From Candidatus Sericytochromatia bacterium (GTDB lineage: Bacteria; Cyanobacteriota; Sericytochromatia; UBA7694): DNA of 64,000 nt. The stretch is from positions 146,753-210,752 of the forward strand of contig JADMKE010000003.1 in NCBI GenBank assembly GCA_018780035.1. The letters run 5' to 3'. The translations under genes and the position numbers were made by a program. Of the stretch, positions 60,253 through 64,000 are shown one piece after another. Each line of letters begins with the position of its first letter. Position 1 is the first letter of the stretch. Below the pieces are notes generated by a model. That model ran no database searches. It saw only the letters and a list, made by a program, of their open reading frames with translations, and was not told the DNA's origin.

Positions 60253-60345
60253 TCAATATGCAAACAGGAATAAAATCTACACAGTTATTGTAACCCAACC
60301 TACCTAGAGCAAATGAGAAAGCCAGGCATCATTATGAGATCTGAC

Positions 60346-61968
60346 TCAAGGAGTGAGAGCCCCCCAGCCCCCGCCGCCCGGTGTCTCGACCCGCACCCGA
60401 TCCCCTGACTTCAATTCCAATTGCACCTTGCCCGGCAGGGGAGTCTCTTGGCCCCTCTGAATCAGGGTATTGACTCCCAAACCACCGGCTTCACCGCCAT
60501 TAAGACCATAAGGCGCCAAGATCCGCCGCTCAGTTAAAAGGGTCACGGAGGCCGGTGAGAGCATTTCCAACTCGCGTACCAGACCCTCGCCGCCGGGAAA
60601 TTGCCCCGCTCCACCAGAATTGCTGCGCAGGCAATAGCGCCAAACGCGAAAGGGAAAAGCCAATTCCAGAGCTTCAATCGGCGTGTTGAGGGTATTGGTC
60701 ATGTGGCTGTGCTGGCCCGAAATCCCCGCACCCAGGGGACCACCGCCGTGGCCTCCGCCCATGGTTTCGTAATAGGCAAAAGGCTGATCGCCTGCGCTGC
60801 CGCCAATGATTAAATTATTCATCGAGCCACAGCTGGCAGCGGGAATCAGCTCTGGCAAAGCCTGGGCCAGGGCCCCCAACAGGACATCCACCAGACGCTG
60901 TGAAGTTTCGACATTGCCCCCCACCACCGCTGAGGGAAAGCGGGCATTGACCAAAGATCCGAACGGGGCAATGACCTCAATCGGCTCCAGACAGCCGCTG
61001 TTGGAGGGCACTTCATTGTCGAGCAGGCATCGAAAGACATAAAAGACCGCAGAGAGGGTGACCGCCAGAATCGTGTTCACACAGCCCCGGCTTTGGGGAG
61101 CCGTGCCGCTAAAGTCCACTTTGGCATTTTCACCTTGAACAGTGAGTGTGACGGCAATGACCAAGGGGCCTGCTCCTTGCCCATCGTCTTCGAGGGCATC
61201 GGCAAAAGCATAGACCCCATCTGGGATTTTTGCAATCACGGCCCGCATCATGCGGGCGGCATAGGCCTGCAGCGCTACACCCTGTTGGCTTACCATTTCT
61301 GGGCCCACGCTTTGGCACAATGCAATCAGGCGCTTGCTGCCAATTTGGTTGGCGGCGTGTTGGGCCAGCAGATCCCCTTCGCGTTCGAGTGGGGTGCGCA
61401 CATTGTTGAGAATCAAGGCCAATAAATCTGCATCGACCTGTCCCCTTTTGCGCCACTTGAGCGGTGGAATGCGCAGCCCCTCCTGAAAGATTTCACGCGA
61501 AAGTGGCATTGAGCCCGGCGTCATTCCTCCCACATCGGCATGGTGGGCCCGGTTGGCGACATAAAAACGCGGGCTGCTTTCGCCGTCTAAAAAGACCGCT
61601 TCGACCATGGTGATATCTGGCAAGTGGGTGCCCCCTGCAAAGGGATCATTGAGCAAGACACTGTCGCCGGGTTCAAAGTGCAGGGCCTGGATCGCAGCCT
61701 GCACAGACAGAGGCATGGAGCCCAAATGTACTGGCAAATGTTCGGCCTGGGCCAATAATTGGCCTTGGGCATCAAAGAGCGCACAGGAAAAATCTTTGCG
61801 CTCTTTGATATTCGAGCTGTAGGCGCTGCGACAAAGGGCCGCGCCCATTTCCTCGGCCATGGCGCGAAAACGGTGTTTAAAGATTTCAAGTTGGACGGGA
61901 TCTACTGTGGCATTCATCGATCTTGCTCCAGACAGAGATGGCCCATGGCATGAAGACGGGCTCGCCAA
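60346..61968 (-). CDS. hyuB: hydantoinase B/oxoprolinase family protein
   Basis: 540 aa with the Hydantoinase_B architecture. Confidence 0.75.
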   Translation of the reverse strand: MASPSSCHGPSLSGARSMNATVDPVQLEIFKHRFRAMAEEMGAALCRSAYSSNIKERKDFSCALFDAQGQLLAQAEHLPVHLGSMPLSVQAAIQALHFEPGDSVLLNDPFAGGTHLPDITMVEAVFLDGESSPRFYVANRAHHADVGGMTPGSMPLSREIFQEGLRIPPLKWRKRGQVDADLLALILNNVRTPLEREGDLLAQHAANQIGSKRLIALCQSVGPEMVSQQGVALQAYAARMMRAVIAKIPDGVYAFADALEDDGQGAGPLVIAVTLTVQGENAKVDFSGTAPQSRGCVNTILAVTLSAVFYVFRCLLDNEVPSNSGCLEPIEVIAPFGSLVNARFPSAVVGGNVETSQRLVDVLLGALAQALPELIPAASCGSMNNLIIGGSAGDQPFAYYETMGGGHGGGPLGAGISGQHSHMTNTLNTPIEALELAFPFRVWRYCLRSNSGGAGQFPGGEGLVRELEMLSPASVTLLTERRILAPYGLNGGEAGGLGVNTLIQRGQETPLPGKVQLELKSGDRVRVETPGGGGWGALTP

Positions 61969-63872
61969 CCAGGAGCCACCAAGGTGGTGGCTGTGTCTTC
62001 CAGAATGATCGCCGGGCCTGTAATTTGAACGTCTGCGGGCAATTGAGACCGTTCGTAAAAGGGTGTCTCAACCAAACCTTGGGCAAAGCCCACTTTTTGA
62101 ATAAAGAGTGCGTTGAGAACTTGGCTCTGAGCCAGTGGCGGCAAGAGATCGGGCTGGGGCAATTCCCGGCTGACACGCAGGCGAAGGGTCACCAATTCAG
62201 GTGAAAGCTCTGGACGGGCAAAATGGTGTAGTTCCAAATGCAAGGCATGAAAGTCGGCCTCAGAGGCAGGAGAATAGGGCAGATTTAATTCATACGATTG
62301 CCCTGGATAGCGCAGGTCCAGGCTGGCTTGGAGCTTTAAATCCTGCCAGGTGGCCTGAAAATCCACTTCTGCCTGTGATCGCAGCCGCTCAAAAGCCAAA
62401 TCCAGGTCCTCTTTTTGCTGCCAGTGTATTTCGCCCAAAACCGTGCGGGCATAATCGCGGATTTCGGAGGCATAGAGCATACCCAAGGCCGAAAAGACCC
62501 CCGCATGGGCGGGAATGGTAATTTTGGGGATGCCCAGGGATTCGGCCAATTCGCAGGCATGTAACCCCCCTGCTCCGCCAAAACAAAAGAGATTAAATTC
62601 AGCTGGGTTCTGGCCTTTTTCGACCGATACCACGCGCAGGGCCCTTTCCATACGTGCATTGGCCACCATCAGGGCACCCAAAGCCACCGCCTGAGCAGAG
62701 ATGCCCAGTTGTTGGCCCAGATTTTCAAAGGCCGCCTGCAAGGGAGCGGTTTGCAAGGCCAGATGACCGCCGAGCTTGGATGTGGCGGGAATCCGGCCCA
62801 AAAAAACCTGCGCGTCAGTCACTGTGAGCATTTTGCCTTTGCCATAACAAAGTGGCCCCGGATCCGCACCCGCGCTTTCTGGGCCGACCCGCAGCGCTCC
62901 GCCAGCATCTACATTGATCAACGAGCCTCCGCCTGCACCCACGGTGTGAATGGCCAACATGGGCAATTTAATAGGAATACCGCTGATCACGGCTTCGGTT
63001 TGCAGGGGCAATTCTCCATTCAGCAGGGCGACATCGGTAGAGGTTCCGCCCATATCCAGAGTCAATAACTGTGTCTCACTCAGACGTTTGCCCGTTTCCC
63101 AGGCGCCAATCAGGCCCCCTGCTGGACCTGAGAGCACAGAACTGACAGGTTTGTCTGCCACTTCATTCAGGTGTAAGCTGCCCCCATTGGACTGAATCAG
63201 GCGGCAGGGCAATTCACCCAAACCCGCCACGAGTGAGGCCATATATTTTTGCATAATGGGCATCAGGCAGGCATTGGCCGTGGTGGTTGAGAAGCGTTCG
63301 TATTCGCGGTATTCAGGCAAAATTTCATGTGACGCAGAGACCCGATAGCCCTGCTTGCGCAAGGCTGCTGCCAATAATTGTTCGTGTAAGGGATTGCGAT
63401 AGCTAAACAGCAGGCAGAGCGATACCGCTTCGATCTCAGCGGGCAACGCTTCCACACAGGCTTGGATCTCTGTTTGATGCAAGGGGCGAATGATTTCTCC
63501 CTGACTGCCAATGCGCTCGTCGATTTCAAAGATGTCTTCACCCCCAACCAGAGGCGCAGGGAGTTGACTGTGTAAGGCATAGAGCATGGGCCGGTTTTGG
63601 CGGCCAATGCTGAGCAGGTCCTTGAAACCGGCGGTAATGATCAGGGCTGTGCGTGCCAATTTGCGTTCTAACAGCGCATTGGTGGCCACGGTTGTGCCAT
63701 GTACCAGCGATGTAATCGGGAGTGGGCTTTCGGTTTGCAAGGCGTTCAGGCCCATCAAGACCGCTTTGGCAGGATTGGTGGGGCAAGAAACCACTTTCTG
63801 AACGCGCAATAGGCCCTGTTCAAAACCCACGCAATCGGTAAAAGTGCCTCCCGTGTCGATGCCCGCAATCAT
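61914..63872 (-). CDS. hyuA: hydantoinase A/oxoprolinase family protein
   Basis: MIAGIDTGGTFTDCV (the ASKHA-fold N-terminal signature of Hydantoinase_A). 652 aa. Confidence 0.8.
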   Translation of the reverse strand: MIAGIDTGGTFTDCVGFEQGLLRVQKVVSCPTNPAKAVLMGLNALQTESPLPITSLVHGTTVATNALLERKLARTALIITAGFKDLLSIGRQNRPMLYALHSQLPAPLVGGEDIFEIDERIGSQGEIIRPLHQTEIQACVEALPAEIEAVSLCLLFSYRNPLHEQLLAAALRKQGYRVSASHEILPEYREYERFSTTTANACLMPIMQKYMASLVAGLGELPCRLIQSNGGSLHLNEVADKPVSSVLSGPAGGLIGAWETGKRLSETQLLTLDMGGTSTDVALLNGELPLQTEAVISGIPIKLPMLAIHTVGAGGGSLINVDAGGALRVGPESAGADPGPLCYGKGKMLTVTDAQVFLGRIPATSKLGGHLALQTAPLQAAFENLGQQLGISAQAVALGALMVANARMERALRVVSVEKGQNPAEFNLFCFGGAGGLHACELAESLGIPKITIPAHAGVFSALGMLYASEIRDYARTVLGEIHWQQKEDLDLAFERLRSQAEVDFQATWQDLKLQASLDLRYPGQSYELNLPYSPASEADFHALHLELHHFARPELSPELVTLRLRVSRELPQPDLLPPLAQSQVLNALFIQKVGFAQGLVETPFYERSQLPADVQITGPAIILEDTATTLVAPGWRARLHAMGHLCLEQDR

Positions 63873-64000
63873 TTAATTAAACAACCCGCCCAAAAGCTCA
63901 AAGAATCCGCCCACCAGATCGCCCAACCCTTCAGCCACAGCCCCTGCTCCCTCGGCGACCGCTCCAGCACCTTCGGCGAGGCCACTGACCATCGATCCGG
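63873..64000 (-). CDS. partial ORF (C-terminal end only), Gly/Ala-rich repeat AEGAGAVAEG
   Basis: In frame with and abutting the hyuA start (the TAA is revcomp of 63873-63875). The translated C-terminus is ...MVSGLAEGAGAVAEGAGAVAEGLGDLVGGFFELLGGLFN. The 5' part is outside the window. Confidence 0.25.
   Translation of the reverse strand, partial: GSMVSGLAEGAGAVAEGAGAVAEGLGDLVGGFFELLGGLFN

Overview
This is a 64 kb bacterial chromosomal window of roughly 55% GC, densely coded on both strands. There are no rRNA or tRNA genes and no CRISPR array. Most genes are housekeeping or envelope functions: valS, folD, ilvA/tdcB-type threonine dehydratase, the ccsB-ccsA system-II cytochrome c biogenesis pair, hyuA/hyuB hydantoinase-oxoprolinase genes, an M20 peptidase, pyroglutamyl peptidase, a SpoT-type HD hydrolase, MMPL, MFS(OPA) and YeiH transporters, a family-5 ABC substrate-binding protein, a TetR regulator, GT2 and TPR-GT41 glycosyltransferases, and an unusually large number of lipoproteins with internal repeats or Thr/Pro-rich linkers. 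Two loci stand out.

The first is a sharply AT-rich island of about 6 kb (about 54.2 to 60.3 kb) inserted between a lipoprotein gene and hyuB. It carries a single 1738-aa ORF that fuses an N-terminal aminoglycoside-phosphotransferase/protein-kinase-like domain, a roughly 1000-aa helical region and a C-terminal OLD/AAA_21-type ABC ATPase. It is translationally coupled by an ATGA overlap to a small DUF4276/TOPRIM-like gene. This is the PARIS/Gabija/OLD logic of an ATPase plus a Toprim nuclease, but the kinase-like fusion does not match any described defense system I know, so it is the best candidate for a new system.

The second is an unambiguous bacterial homolog of the eukaryotic major vault protein (817 aa) heading a three-gene operon with a DUF1963 protein and a 155-aa unknown.

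Other notable items are a 73-aa hyper-acidic protein abutting the TPR/O-GlcNAc-transferase-like gene, a standalone tandem MshEN/T2SSE_N putative c-di-GMP receptor next to the MMPL transporter, several unannotated micro-ORFs with strong ribosome-binding sites, and 8-9 nt G/C homopolymers inside core genes.
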